Below are positions 28,301-43,300 of a stretch of 64,000 bases of DNA, one piece after another. A program made the position numbers and the translations under genes. Within the stretch, counting starts at the first letter, position 1. Every line of letters begins with the position of its first letter. Origin of the DNA: Glycera tridactyla (taxonomy: Eukaryota); the NCBI GenBank assembly GCA_965644265.1, contig OZ286461.1, forward strand, positions 95,542,001-95,606,000, given 5' to 3'. The notes under the pieces were generated by a model. That model was not told where the DNA came from and searched no databases. It was given only the letters and a program-made list of their open reading frames with translations.

Positions 28301-31300
28301 CAACCTCTACAAGCAAATCCAAAATTGAATTTCAATCTAATCCCAACTTTCATACAAAGTCGTCCTCGGGCCATTTCTGAATGCACTGATTGAGGTTTTT
28401 CGAGCAATTTGAGGGAGAGTTTTAGTGACCAGAGTACTACTTACCACCACAACAGGGAGTGTAGCTTCCACCGTGGCAATCACTGTGCCCACTTCATCTG
28501 TTTCACCAGCCTGTGTGGTGTAGACTGGCTGACGGAACTGTGGTAACTGTATGTCACGCTGTACCGTAATCTCCACCTTTGCGGTATCAAATCTCTCCTC
28601 AGGATATCCATCATCTCCTGCTTGTACAGTGCACTAAAATTGAAAAATTCACAAAGATGAATTAATTTACATCAAGTTAAAACTACTCATCATTGAAAGT
28701 CATTTGAATCTACATGACCTCATATTGCAGACCCAAGCAATGGAATAGAAATTAGCATTGTCAAGTTGCAGTTGATGTTTCTTTATCTTTGCTATCTTTT
28801 TGTGATGGAAACGGAGTTCTTTATAATTTTGGTCACACTTTACAGAAAGAATATGTGGTAGGCGCTCGGTGAATGTTCTCTCTGTTCCTTGAGTTGAATA
28901 TTCAGTAGATGAGACTTTTGTTAAATGTTTGATTATTTTCCACATTGAGATCATACGACTCCTACAAGCATTAACTGCACACATGCTGAATAGACCAAAT
29001 CAAATTTCAGCTCGCCAAGGAAAGGACTTCTGCAATGGAGCAAATAAAGTGAGAAATATTTACAGTCTATTTCATATCACATGAATACATAAGGCAGGAG
29101 AACTGCATGCCTTCATTCAAAGTCACCTTAGAGATTAGAAAAAAAGAGTGAATTTAGCAGTCAGGGGAAATTCTTATCAGCTTGGTTTCTATGCAGCAGA
29201 TATGGCAATGGGAATGACAACAGACATTTGTGAAACACTCAAACCAACATGCATGCAAACAAATACTCATTTACCCAAATTTGTGCATGCCAAGTCACAG
29301 GTGCATACACACATGCACATGCATGACACACTTGCACAAACACACACTCACAAACACAGAAATTCATAAGCTACCCACCTGGAAGAATGTGATGGATGTA
29401 TCCGAGAGCAGTTTTTTGAGTGAGATGCCACCAGACTGTGGATTCATATAGAAGTATTCCTGACAGGCCTCGTCCTCAATCAACTCATATTGCAACTCAT
29501 CCTGATGACAAAAAAAAACAATTTTTTAAAAATTTGCAGAAGATTTTCCATCATCGTCCTATACGAAACAAGACCACTCTACCGACACAAAATAGGCTCA
29601 TGCTTGGAGGTCGAATGATCACTATAGGAAATAGTCCCATATCATGGCAATTTTTTCCTATTGGAACAGGGCCACTACTTTTTGCAAAACAGGATGATGG
29701 ATGGAGGAAGTCATCAAGCTTGATTCACGATGCCGCCATTAAGTGTGCACAAAGTAATTTGAGCTGCATGGAAATTATTAGAAATCTGTTGATCCTACAC
29801 ATGTGCTGCCTCAAGCTGAACACATGTTTGTGAAATTGTAGATGAGTTTTCAATCAAGAAATTAGGCCCATTGCTGATCTAAGAAAGCATCAATGATGAT
29901 CAAAGATGAGCTGTGGGGTATGTCTGTAGCTTGACAATTTGTCAACAAGGTCAACATCTGAATCTACGCTCATTGAGACTTGCTGGTCACCCAAATTTGT
30001 CCATATATGGTCAGCTCATATTGCTTATTATATGACCACAAGAGCCTATATTACATATTCTCAAGCCAAGGATCCTTGTATAAACTGGGCCAACTTTGGC
30101 ACATGATTCCTTTTCTCCTTCAGGTATATTAGTGCATTTAATGTTATGAAACCTTTTCCATCTCCCATTGAAGCATCATGAGGATGGATTTGAATTAGCA
30201 TATTTATCTCAATATACCCCAGATGGTGCTGACATCATAATAAAAACCAAACAAACCTGGTCTTGATCAGTTGCTGAGACCATTTGGAGTACAGTTCCCA
30301 GGTCAACATTTGCCAATACTGTCTTTGTGTAGGTGTCCTCCGTGAACATCGGGCTGAACTCATTCCGGTTGACTGATATCACCATGTCAGTATAGACTCT
30401 CTGCTCGGGACTGCTGCTGTCATATAGACCGATGCGTAGCTAGAAAATAAATACAAGATTATATTTTCCCACAGCTATTAAATACTGGTTGCCCGTAATA
30501 TTATGAACTCCATGATTCTCAAATATAATTAGCAAGGAGGAAAAATGGTTAGCTCAAAGAATATCATTTTCAAAGATAATAATACAATCATACTCACAGT
30601 GTAGGTCAAAGTACGGTCATCCTTCAAGTTCTTGATTACCCACACTGTGCCCTCTGTTGGATGAATTGCAAAGTATTCTGGGGCTGGAGCAATCCCTTCA
30701 ACCTCAAATGTTAATGTTCCCTGAAAGAAAGGTAAAAGTGATAGAATGAATATGTATACAGTAGCAATTGCTGAGCATTACCATACATGAATAACAATAA
30801 TGTCATTGAAAAACCCTTGGTCCTGCAGGTAATCCAGGTTTACCTACAGAAAAAATATGATCAATGCCCCCCCCCCCCTCAATACATACAAACAAACACA
30901 TATTGACACACACAAACACACTCACACCCACACACAAGAAGAGAGGCAACATCCTTCAGGTAATATTACCTCAAAGGCAGTCACATGTACTAATATCACT
31001 CTCCTGATATGTATACATTGTGTCTACAGATACCAACTTTCAAATCATTTACAGCCCTTTATCTGTCTGTCAGTCCGCCCTCCCATCCGTCCATCTGTCT
31101 GTGTGTCTGTCTGTCTATCTGCCTCTCATCACTTACCTGTAGGTCCTGATCAGAAGCCTGGATGGTATAGATACCAGTGCCATTCCTGATGTTCTCTGAG
31201 ATTGTCAGCTGATAGATCTCATTGGAGAACTGTGGTGGGAACTCATTCCTTTGTACTGTCACAAACACCTGGGCAGTCGCTGACTTGACTGGATTACCAT

Positions 31301-34300
31301 GGTCGTAAGCTTTCACACTCATCTGAAATCAGAATCAACAGTCAGATTGCATCCCCAATGTAAGATGTTACCACTAAGATGACTAGAATGGATAAATATT
31401 TTGAAGCTCCTGGACAGTTTTATTACCGCTGCTTGTGAGACTTATTCACAAGGCATATTATCTGATGGCAAAATCAACATGTGGCAAAAACTCACCGGAG
31501 AAATTAAATTATATATTACATAGTCAAATCGGCTTGTATGATCCGGGACTGTGTGTGCTTGGAATGGCAAGTTGGTTAGGTGAGATCTCAACTGCATTTG
31601 CATAGTGTCAATATAGGCTGTTGAGAAGGCAACCCTCTTGTCAAACCAACTGTCATGAAGCTCATTTCAAATGTATCCAATGATACTCTGGTATCATGTT
31701 ATTCATGTTATCATCTATGGGCAGAGATGTGTCTGAAGTGACAGCTACATCCCTGTTTGCCATTATCTGTATTCAAGATGTGAGTGGTTGAAGCCTGCAG
31801 ATTTTTGATTTGATTTTAACACATACCTGATATGCTGTTCCGGCTCCTTCTGTCAAACTTCGTTTCAGCATGATACTGCCTACATCCTCATCAATGAAGA
31901 AGAACTCCAAACTACCGGAATCTGCCGCATCAAACAACTCGTATCTCATCTGGTCCTACAATATAAACCACAAAACATCATCATTTATATGACTTTCATG
32001 GATAGTGATATGAAACATTGTTGATTCAGATAAATTAATGGGTCATCACACTGTTTAATGAGATGGAACCAATAGTTGCTTGATACTACTTCAACAAAAA
32101 GATGATTCAAAAGATGATCCTATTGAAGAATGTTGATTCCAGGATGATGCCTCATGTTCCTCCTGATGATAATGCTTGAGAATTCTATCAAAATGTCAGG
32201 ATATCATGACTGCAATATCTCATTGAATATGAAAGTGATTCACAAAGTCTTGAACAATTCACATGTCTCATATTCTGAAAACAAATTGGTTTTAAGTGGA
32301 TAATGCTCGCAAGGGAGACGGTATGTAGCTACCCAAGATATCTAACACATGACATATGCAATGGACTTCACAGTGATCATACAAAGGCCTGAAATCCATG
32401 TGTTATCACCCAAATACAACTACAGATCCACACAGATGGGGAAGAGGCATGAAAGAGGCATGAATTTTAATCACATAAACCAATAATTTTTCTCAGGTAC
32501 TCACACAATCCATTATTTTTCACAGGTACTCACCCCATCATTGTCGGCAGCATAAACTGTGACTACATCTGTGACCAGGGGATAGACATCTGAGACAATC
32601 TTGGTGTAGGAAACAGGATTAAAGGTGGGTGCATAGGCATTGCGGTTCACAGAGAGTTCAACAAATTCTGTTTGACGGTTGTTTGGATATGCAGTATCGT
32701 ATACCTCCACTTGAAGCTGAAACATGAAATGGAAATATTTCCCTCATTTTGGTCGAATAGATCGATAGATAGAGAAAAAAGATATGTATCTTCCATTATC
32801 TTTCACTTGAGATGAAATTTCACTGTCAGCTTGATCACCTGCAGTGTGTCCACTTTGGTGAACAGTATAATCTATTTTTACAAATCTCTAAGAAGTATTC
32901 TTCATGTGAAGTGTTGAAAATGATTGGAAAAAAGATTGGAAATTCCACTCAGACTTCAAAAAGTTAGAAAAAATTAGCTGCAAACTAGACACACTAAAAT
33001 TCAGGCTTCATATCTCTGTCAGAAATATCTTAAATCAATTCAGCTGAAAATTGCAGAGAGAGTAAGTGATAAAAAGACGTTACTTACAGTGTATGTGAGA
33101 GACTGTAGGGAGTCCTCAGCAAGAGACTGTTGAAGGTAGACAACACCAGTCCGGTTATCGATGCGGAAGAATGTCTCAGCTGGATAAATACCAGTCAGTT
33201 TGAAGATGAGAGAACCCTGCAATAAAATCAGAAGAAATCACATATTGACGGAATGATGCATGAATGATGAGTGTTATCACATGGATGTGCCAGTTTCAGT
33301 GAAGTATCAGGTGTTGAGTATTGCGTGTGATACTCCACAGCTGGATGAGGACTACTTTTAGATATTTCTCCCCTGATCCATGTTATAAAAGCAAGACTAT
33401 ATGACCATGAGGTGAAAATGTAATACCAAACTCCGTATGAATTTCTCCGGATGTCACTCGGCCTACGGCCTCGTGACAACTGGTGAAATTCACACCTCGT
33501 TTGGTATAGCATTTTTACTTCACAGCCATATAGTCGTGCTATAACAACAGGTGAAACTGAATACTTCTAATACTCACATGTCACATAAGATACAATACAC
33601 AAAAGGCAAAAAATGTTGTCCTTGATTGACTGAAGCTGATTCTCAATGAAGCTATGTATTAGTGATATCTCATTCATTGTTGACCAGTAGAGCACCTGGA
33701 AATGACAGCCAAACTAGCCTCTGGACTGATCTGATGGTCAGCAATCTTGATTGACAAATTCTTCACAAATTCACAGGACAATATTCAACTGGTTACTCAA
33801 CATGCACATGATTGACATGCAACTGACAGACATTGAAAATCTTACCGTCTGGTCACTATCCACGGCGAAGATGGTCATGACAGCATTACCGACCTCCAGG
33901 TTAACGTTGACCTCAACTCCAACAGGTGGCAGTGTGATTTCTGGCAGATACTGATCACGCTGTACTGTGATGATCACAGTGGCATCTGAAGTTTGCTCAG
34001 GTTCAGACTGATCACTCACACGAACTTGGACCTGAGAACAAGATGTACACATATGTCAAATAAACGAAGGACTGTACTGAGCAGTCACTTTTCAAGTCAA
34101 GTTCTTTCACTTTACTTAACCTGTCCTGAACAGATTTGAATTCACTTGTGTCTGCAAGATTCATACATATTTTCATGACATGATTGTAAATCTAACTGAT
34201 GTTGGAGAGATTAATGATTTGTTTGTAATAAAATGAATAATATCTTAATTTCTTGATGTTCACAAATGAAAATCAAGCAGACTATCGTTTGTAGTGTCTA

Positions 34301-37300
34301 GAAATTCAGTTGAATTGATAAAATCACTTCTTGACCCATTATGAAATGACAGTGGTGAGTATATCTTTGAGAATAAAACATCCTTCAAAAAACATTTCCT
34401 GGCCCAGGGTGGACACATAAATTAGGAGATCCAGCAGTTCAATTTCCTCTATCATTCTTGAATATTGGCTCATCTCTTTGGAGCGACTAATAGCATTCAG
34501 GCAAACATCAGCAAATGTATTTCAAAACTAATCCTGTTGATGATGTGTGATGTGAAAATCATGGCTTGATCAAGGGGTCTTTTAGATTTGCAGTTGTCAG
34601 CAACATTCACTCATGTTCTCTATCTTTTCCTGAAGGAAATGGAAATACATTTCATTGCAACAAACTCAACATATAAAATTTTTGGTGGAGATTTGGTAAT
34701 TTCTCGGTCTGCCAAATGAAGAACATGCGATATTGAGCTATGAAGGATTTAACAGATCCCTCATCTGATATTTCTGTAAAGGGCAAGATTATGACATGAT
34801 CCTACCGTGTACTGGGTTTGTGAGTCAGTGGTCAGCAGCTGTTTCAATGTTATCACTCCACTGAGAGGATTCATGTAGAAGAACTGCTTGGCGATGTCGT
34901 CTCCAATGATCTGATACCTCAGTTGATCCTGCAAGTAACAACAGAAATAAAGGATATTTATTCCATGGGTGTATCATAGTGGGTGGAATAAAGGGGTGTG
35001 GGAGAGGGCTCAGCACATTCACTGGTCTATTGATGCCTTCTCACTTTGCATATTAGCTGTACATGCATGTGTCATGATTTCTCGTGCAGCGAACGGCCAA
35101 GTACATGCTAATGCAGCTATATGTATTTTGTATCTGAGTAAGTTTCATCAATGCATGCCTTATGAAATTCTATAGACTGCTAATAACTCAATTTGAGAAT
35201 TGAATTCTGACCTCTCGAAATAACTACCAATGCACAGTTGTGAATATAAAGATATATACATTCAGATGCATGAATCCTCACAGATCAGTGCAATAAAAAG
35301 TAAGCACACCAATGACTGAAATCACTAATTTTCTGACACTTTCTTCTGGTGAAAGGCGTCAATCCTAGCCGGAATTTCACAGAAGATTAGTTTTTGAATT
35401 GTGAAGATGATGACTCTTTTGTTTGGAGTTGAATCATTTGAATTCTGAGAGAATATGATTGATATAATGATTAACTCACCCCATCAGCATCAGATGCACT
35501 GATAGTACTGAGTACAGATCCAAGTGCTAACGTTTCACTGGCAGTCACGGTGTATGAGAGCTGGCTGAACACTGGGGCATTCTCATTCCTCAACACGCTG
35601 ATCATCACTGTCGCTGTCGCCTGCTGGTTTGGATTAGAGCTGTCATACGCCACAATACGCAGCTGAAACATAAAATCATTGACTATTATTTCTAGCAATA
35701 ATGACTCTATAAAGTGGAGCAGTCCAATCATCTTTCAAATAATCATAATAAAATGTTGAGGATTCACATACGAAAAGTTTGAGTGAATCTGAAGTTAGTG
35801 TGATCAAAGTGACTTCTATGAACATAGCATTGGGTCAACTTACATTAGGACTGAACTGAATGGTGTTGAGAATAAAGTAGTTAACAAACACTGGTCACTC
35901 ACAAAATACAAGATAAGGGTCAATAAAAAGTAACGTATGCATGTAAATTGAGTCTCCTCACATGAATAGTAGATGCTTTTGAGGTGGATTTCTTAATATG
36001 CAAAATGATGCATTCACTCTGCAGTCTAACCATATGGCTGAATGTTCTTTCTCTTACCGTGTATGTGAACTCATTGTCTGCCTTGAGATCACTGTTTACA
36101 TATAAACGTCCTGTTGCCTCATTGATGCCAAATAAGGTTGGTGCCGGCATGTCTCCAATGACACCGTATGTCATTGTACCCTGAAAATATGAATGAAAAC
36201 TTTCATTATAGAATGAAAAGCATATTTTTAATTCATTCAGCTATTGATAATATGAATATGATGAAATAAGAAAAAGATAAAGAAACTGCAGAGGAAGAAT
36301 GTGAAGGGAACTATGTCCATGCTTGGCATCTTATAAAATGTCCAGGGTATCATTTTGTATTCTCTATTAATTTTTCACAGCAAATTGTATGATGAAAAAG
36401 AGATGAGGTTCTCCTACAATATGACTTTAATCAGTAGTAAGACATATCTTGGCTGGGCCACCAGGTCTCCCTTCTTCAGGGGTATGGAATTAAAAAGCCC
36501 GAAACCCCGACCTGGTATTTCACTGATGACCTGTCCGACTCTGTCTCAGCTGTTCATGGTGTTGCTGTGTCAGTCATGAGTGGGATGTGTTGGCGACATT
36601 TTCTTAATTGATATCAGTAAAGACATGATCACATGTACCATACACAATGTCACATATATTTGCATATACTCGAATAAATAATGAGTCTCATCAAGATACT
36701 AAATGAGTTATGATTGGGTGCATACATCAATATATAAAGCTACTTCTGCACAAAGTTAAAGAATTTTGACAGCTTGTGTATAATTATTATTTGCCATGAT
36801 TCTAGTTTGAACAATTGACTAGTTGTGACACTGAATGCTGACATACCTGTATATCCTGATCATAAGCCATGATATTGGTGTAGAATTCGTAGCCAATCTC
36901 TGCATTCTCAGATACAGAAGCACCCTCGTATGGTGTTCCAGAGAATGCTGGAGCTGACTCATCACGCGTGATCGACACTGTCACTGTCACATTGCTCGTT
37001 CTCTCAGGTTCCCGGTTGTCAGATGCTTGCACCAGTAACTGAAAAAGGAGATGTGAATATAACAATGGTATTAGATATAATTGAGTCATCCTTGCACTCA
37101 AAATCTTTGGCCTCATGCATACGTCTATTGTTCATCAATCATCTTCCTGCTGCCATCATTTCTCTGGTCACTGGCTAGCTCATTTTGATCAATTTAACAA
37201 ATAATGATAATCATAATCATAAATAAAATGACTATAATATGAATGTGAACCATGATGTGAATGAAAGTTTTTGAATTTGAATATCATTATCATCAATTAT

Positions 37301-40300
37301 TATTATGATTACTATTATCATCATTATTACAATTATCCTCATCATTGATTATAATATCATTACTATGATTATGATCATCGATAATATAATTACTATGATA
37401 TTTATCATTGATTACTATCAAGGTGTGCATTTAGTAGAACCAACCTGATATTCAGCTTCTGTGGACTGAGTAAGTGGACTGGTGACAGAGAGCTGACCAT
37501 TTAATGGATTGATGTAAAAGAATGTCATCGCATCATCAGGACCCAGGAGCCTGTAGTTAACTTGATCCTAAAATGAGTGGTAGGTAGAAATGCATGTAAT
37601 AATGAATAGTCAGTCTTGCAATGGTATGAAGTCACAGTTATTGATAACATATTATCAAATACTCTGGATATCCATCGTATAAATATCACAACCAAAGGTT
37701 ATGGTTATTCAACCTGTTCTCAATTACTGAGATGACATATCTTTTGTTGAGGGAAAAGTCAGCTTAGGCAACACACTGTCACTCCGACAGATACCAAATA
37801 TTTGTTCCACCTATATTTTATTCTCTCCAAATTCAAATATATACACCAAGAGTCTGGTATGACCACAATATATGAGCAGATAATTACATTCAAAATAATC
37901 TGACCAAAGTACATAATGCTATGAAGAATGTACATGACAGAAGACGCATTTCTCTTATGATACTGAAATCAGCAGCTATTGGGAGCAAATCATTGCTTTC
38001 AGTAGGTGATACAGACATGTCATATCCTATTGAGATAATTGCAACTCCTCTTTCAATAGTACATGTAAACCTCAGAGATGCAGCCTGTACATACAGTGTA
38101 TATACAGTAGATATAGAGGCAGTTCTCTCTCAATGTCAACCGGCAGGTTATCTTGAGTACACAACTATGTGTAACAGAACTAGATATGGAAGGAAGACTT
38201 ACCCCATCAAGATCAATGGCTGAGACAGTGATGACACTGAATCCAATAGGGTAGTTCTCGACAACGTTGGCTCTGTATGCTGACTGCAGGAACTGGGGTC
38301 CATTCACATTACGTTGTACCAGGATATTCACCACTGTCTCTGCACGCTGGTTTGGATTGGCGCTGTCATAGACTTGGACACGCAGTACATAGAATGTCTC
38401 GATATCATTCTGGAGTGAGCTACGGATGCGCACATTACCAGATCCATCAACATAGAAATAACTTGGTGCCGCAAGGTCACCAACCACTTCATACGTCAGT
38501 ACACCCTATGAAACAGAGAAGTGAACCAATGATCCTCAAAATACAGGTCAATCCATGATTACTTTCAATGACATGCAGTGCAGGTACTTCAGGCATTACC
38601 TGGTATCATTTACTTATCAATTTTGGGAGTACCAGCCCCAATCTTTGAGATGTGGCACACTCATCTTGACCGCAAGCATTTCACTAATGCAAAGTGATCA
38701 TGCCTGCAGCTACAGTCAAACCTCTCTATAAAAACCGCCTTCGGTCACATCAAAAAGTGGTCTTTATAGGCAGGTGGTCTTTATAGAGAGGTCATTTACT
38801 GTTGAAATACTTCCACAGTCTCAGCTCAGGGTGGTCTTTATAGAGAGGTGGTCTCTACAGAAAGGTGGTCTTTAGAGCAGGTTCGACTGTACTTCTATAA
38901 GACTTAAGTTGCTGATTCATGCAACCACACAGGTTCGACTGTAGCCTCTTTGAGAATCCCTTGGGATGATATGTTCATCTGACTGTATTTGTTCATTCAA
39001 ACAGGCAGAAATGATTAGTCAGGCATTCACCGAGCAAGCATACTATAACTACAGTGATGACACATTTTGTCACCACTGTCTTGATCAGTAGTGGTACTGT
39101 AGTTTCTGTACTTGCAACATTATAATGATTGATATTTCAATTCACAAAACAAGAGTCAGAGCATGTATTTGTAGATATCAGTGGGAGGTGCTGTTTATTG
39201 AAATCCTGACATCTTCATTCCTGAAAACAATTGCTGACATGTGTCTGATTGCTGACATGTGTCTAATTGCTGACATTTGTCTAATTGCTGACATGTGTCT
39301 AATTGCTGACATGTGTCTAATTGCTGACATGTGTCTAATTGCTGACATGTGTCTAATCGCTGACATGTGTCTAATCGCTGACATGTGTCTAATTGCTGAC
39401 ATGTGTCTAATTGCTGACATGTGTCTAATTGATGCCAGGTACTCGTTGTCCTGATGCCTTTGAATCACTCATGGTTGGAAATTCTCATTACTGATCGAAA
39501 ATACCCATTAACTCTTGTATGAAGAATGGGCAGGATCCTAACTCATTATGGGAGACAAAGTGATCTGAATAACACACCTTCACTCAAGAAAGTATCAGAT
39601 GCAATTACAATATATCAACAACTCATGAGGCCCTGCTGTGAGGACTTTGCATTCTTACCTTGAGATCCTGATCACTAGCAATGATCCTGATGAGCGAGGT
39701 TTCTTCTGGAACCTCATTCTCAGTGGTGGTCACATCATAAGAAGGATAGTCTATGGTCGGAGGATATTGATCCCGAACTAAGACTAGCTCAACTGATGTT
39801 GTGGACACCTTCTCTGGGTCAGACTGGTCACGTGCACGAACGGTGAACTGTTGAAAAAGAGAGAACATCATTTTGTGATAAATATAATGCCGAAAGCCTG
39901 CCAGATGTGCCGTCCACCAAACGTGGAAAACATTCCCTAAATCTTGAGGGTATCATAAAAATCAGGAATTCCAGTTCCATTACAAAAACTCAGTGAACAT
40001 AAACTGAAATGGAACAGCCGGCTGGGCTGAGTTCATGTGATAGTCTTTTATCGTCAAAAGTTGCAAGACCTTCACTTTCATATTAATTTCTATTTCTGTC
40101 CTTCTCAACATTCAGGGTCTATGAGCATGAAATGTTAAGTGACCCCAAAACATCTTTCAGGGAGTTCTCAAGGAAGAAAGTGTATCTTTTCAGGATGAAT
40201 AGCAGAATCTGATCAACTGAAGGTTGTTGGAGAATGTCATTTTTCTTGCAATAAATTTGACAAATGACCTAAACTCAAAAGTTTGTTAGATGTGGTGTAC

Positions 40301-43300
40301 ATGGAGCCATCTTCATCTCCAGTAAGGATGCTGATCTTAACCAAGACAGAGACTAGCACATCCTCTCATCAATCCATCTAAAATTACTATCGAGACTCTG
40401 CTGACAGATTCCGACCAAAATCTGGCAAGTCCACTTCTGGGACTGAACACCATGAGCTGAAATTCTGTCAGGTTAACACTCACCATGAAGCGACTTTCTG
40501 GGGATTCTGTGAGTACACGACTGGCGACAAGAACACCGGTGGTAGGATTCAACCAGAAGTAGTACATGGATGAATCACCCGTCTCTTCAGCCACAATCTC
40601 ATACAATAAAGTGTCATTCTGAAATGAAGAGCAGAAATGATATCAAGACACTGAATTGATATGATTGAGATTGAGAAACATGTTTTCCCGATAACAGACA
40701 AGAATTCATGATAACAGATATTATCATGCCTAGAATTCAATGAATTGAATCTTCAGGATCAAATCTTCATGGAAATGTATAAGATGCCATGACAGATAGC
40801 AATTCAATTGAAATAGATGTTCATGTGACTGCCTCGAACACACAATGAATTCACAGGTTTCAGATCTTGAAGGATTACATCTTGGTTTCGAACCAGCAAT
40901 GCTAAAGAGGATATTACCATTCAAAAGTTGGGCATCTATATAAACTCAGTCAGATATGGTTTTTAGAGGGTTACTATGGGGACCTGGAGCCGTAACCCCA
41001 GGCAAAGCATTTAACACAGTTCTTCTCAAGTATAACTCACCACATCCCTGTCTGTTGCCATGACTTGTAGGATGGCATCACCTGGTGGGAAATTCTCTGA
41101 GATCTCCATCTGATAAAGCTCCCGCTCAAACACAGGACCATACTCGTTACGGCTGATAGGGAATATCAGCTCCGTATAGATCTGTTGAGCTGGATTGGCA
41201 CTGTCATAGGCCGCTACCCGTAACTGGAACAAAGAAGAATCTTGCATGATTAAAAATACAAATCCAGTTTCACTTCTGGGCCACACTCCTACTATTTTGA
41301 CCTTATGAAATTCTAAAAGATTGATCTTGGGTGTAGCATATCTATCAGGTCATGCTATACATTCGTGGACTCTACTATATCACCATCTCATGCAATTACC
41401 CATTCGTTTACCACATTGAAAAACAATGCATCTCAATCTACCACAAAAAGTGAATCAAATAATCAATAAGTCCAGGTCCTTTTTGAGTATAAATATATGC
41501 CTGGAGCAATCCAAGTATGTCAAACTGCCATTCGTGAAGAGATACCATTAGGTACATTATCCAATACATTTTCAGATTATCCCGAATTCCCCTTATTTCA
41601 TGCATTACCTATGGCTGGGACAACAAGAGCTCTTCATGGGTAGGTGGGATAGAGCCTTGCAAGAGTGTGGCACTTATGATACGTGTATTGGTGAAGAATC
41701 AGTGAGAAATACTGAAACATGCTGAGTTGGGTCATCCAAGTGTATGAATGTTGATTGATGTACCATCTCATTATGGATGGAAGAAGAATTGGAGCGACAG
41801 CATCAGCTGATGCTATAATGATCCAGGTACAGGACTCACCGTGTAACTTGGTAACCGCAGCGGGTCGTTCTTGATTGTTCCATTGATGCGCACGATTCCA
41901 CTATTTCTCTCAACAGCAAAGAAATTCTGGGCCGGATAGAGACCAATTGCTTCATACTGAATCTCTCCCTGATGTAAAATAGGACAGAATCATCATCAAC
42001 AGTAAAAGATAACAATTGTGATCAGTGATAAACTATATAATGAAATCCAACATTGAAATACCTGGCTATTAAACTGACGAAAATGACAGAATACTTCTGC
42101 AATAACTGATGCACTACATTCATTATTCTGAGATTTTCAGACTCTTAGTGAGGTAAATGCTCACTCAAGTGTGCACACATTTGTTTGTCCCCTGCAGTTC
42201 ATCAGATTCAGCTGATTAACAAACATACAGCTTCAGGTGACGAATCTGCATCTAGTCAGGATATATGTATAACAGGTTTGACTGCTCGACCCACAAAGTG
42301 AGCAGAGAGAGCCGAAAATACAAAGAATGATACAATCTGAATATCATTCATGATATATGATCATTACACTGGGAATCAACAAATGATAAATTCAGAGGCA
42401 TGAAACCTTAATGTATGGCTCACAAATGGAACTCATTCTGAGATGGAGCCTGAACATCCTCATCTCCTAACAATCAGTGAAATTGACATATCACAGCTTT
42501 TTACTAGAAGATCATACTAAAAACCAACCAGAGTAAAACCCTGCCCAGTGAACTTACCCTGAGGTCGGGATCAATGGCTGTGACTGTGTATACACCACTG
42601 TTGTTTGGTGCATTTTCTGAGACTTGGCCTGGAATGTACGGGGCACCCTTCCAGAATGGTGGCTGCTCATCCAATGTGACATCTACACCAAGGGTTGCAT
42701 TTGCAGTCCGACCACGTCCATCGGATGCCATGATAGTCAGCTGCAAGTCAGATAGCAATAATTCAGTGAGGACATTGAGAATGAATTATGAATGAAGTTC
42801 AGTAGGGATCCATGGCTCCGTGAATGGTTTCATCAGATTGGAAATTGAACGATGATTAGCATAGATATTTTGTCACAGCCAAGGTGATTTGGCTTATCAT
42901 TTGCTGAAACATCAATAGATGGTAGGCCAAATTACCTTGGTTTTGAGGAGATATCTACCTGAGCAATCCATGGCTGCTGTGGATTGAAGAGAGGTGAAAC
43001 TCTATTCAATTGATAAACTCTCATTTTTGTTGTAGACCTTGATAGGTCTAAACTGCGAAAAAATAATAAGTCAATTTGAAAGAAATAACTCATGATGAAA
43101 ATCTTTCCCAAATAACATTTCCCTATCAAGAAATCCCATATCAAACAAGACCAAATCCCTCTGGTCAATGCTTGGCCTTGCAGAACGGTATGTCAGTGGG
43201 ACATTTTCGGATGAAGATCATGCATAATATTATTCACAGTATCGACCTCTAGAATATATGCCACCTTTTTCAAATTGCTCATTTGATGTGATCACCGAGG

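Noticed and set aside
8002-38889. Opposite-orientation MITE copies driving back-splicing or long-range exon looping
   Set aside because: The 8002 copy is visibly diverged from the others and 19-31 kb away; there is no direct support.
39125-39468. (ADMCLI)n and (RHMSAI)n ORFs, or a CRISPR-like array
   Set aside because: Head-to-tail 18-bp minisatellite with no spacers, in a eukaryotic intron.
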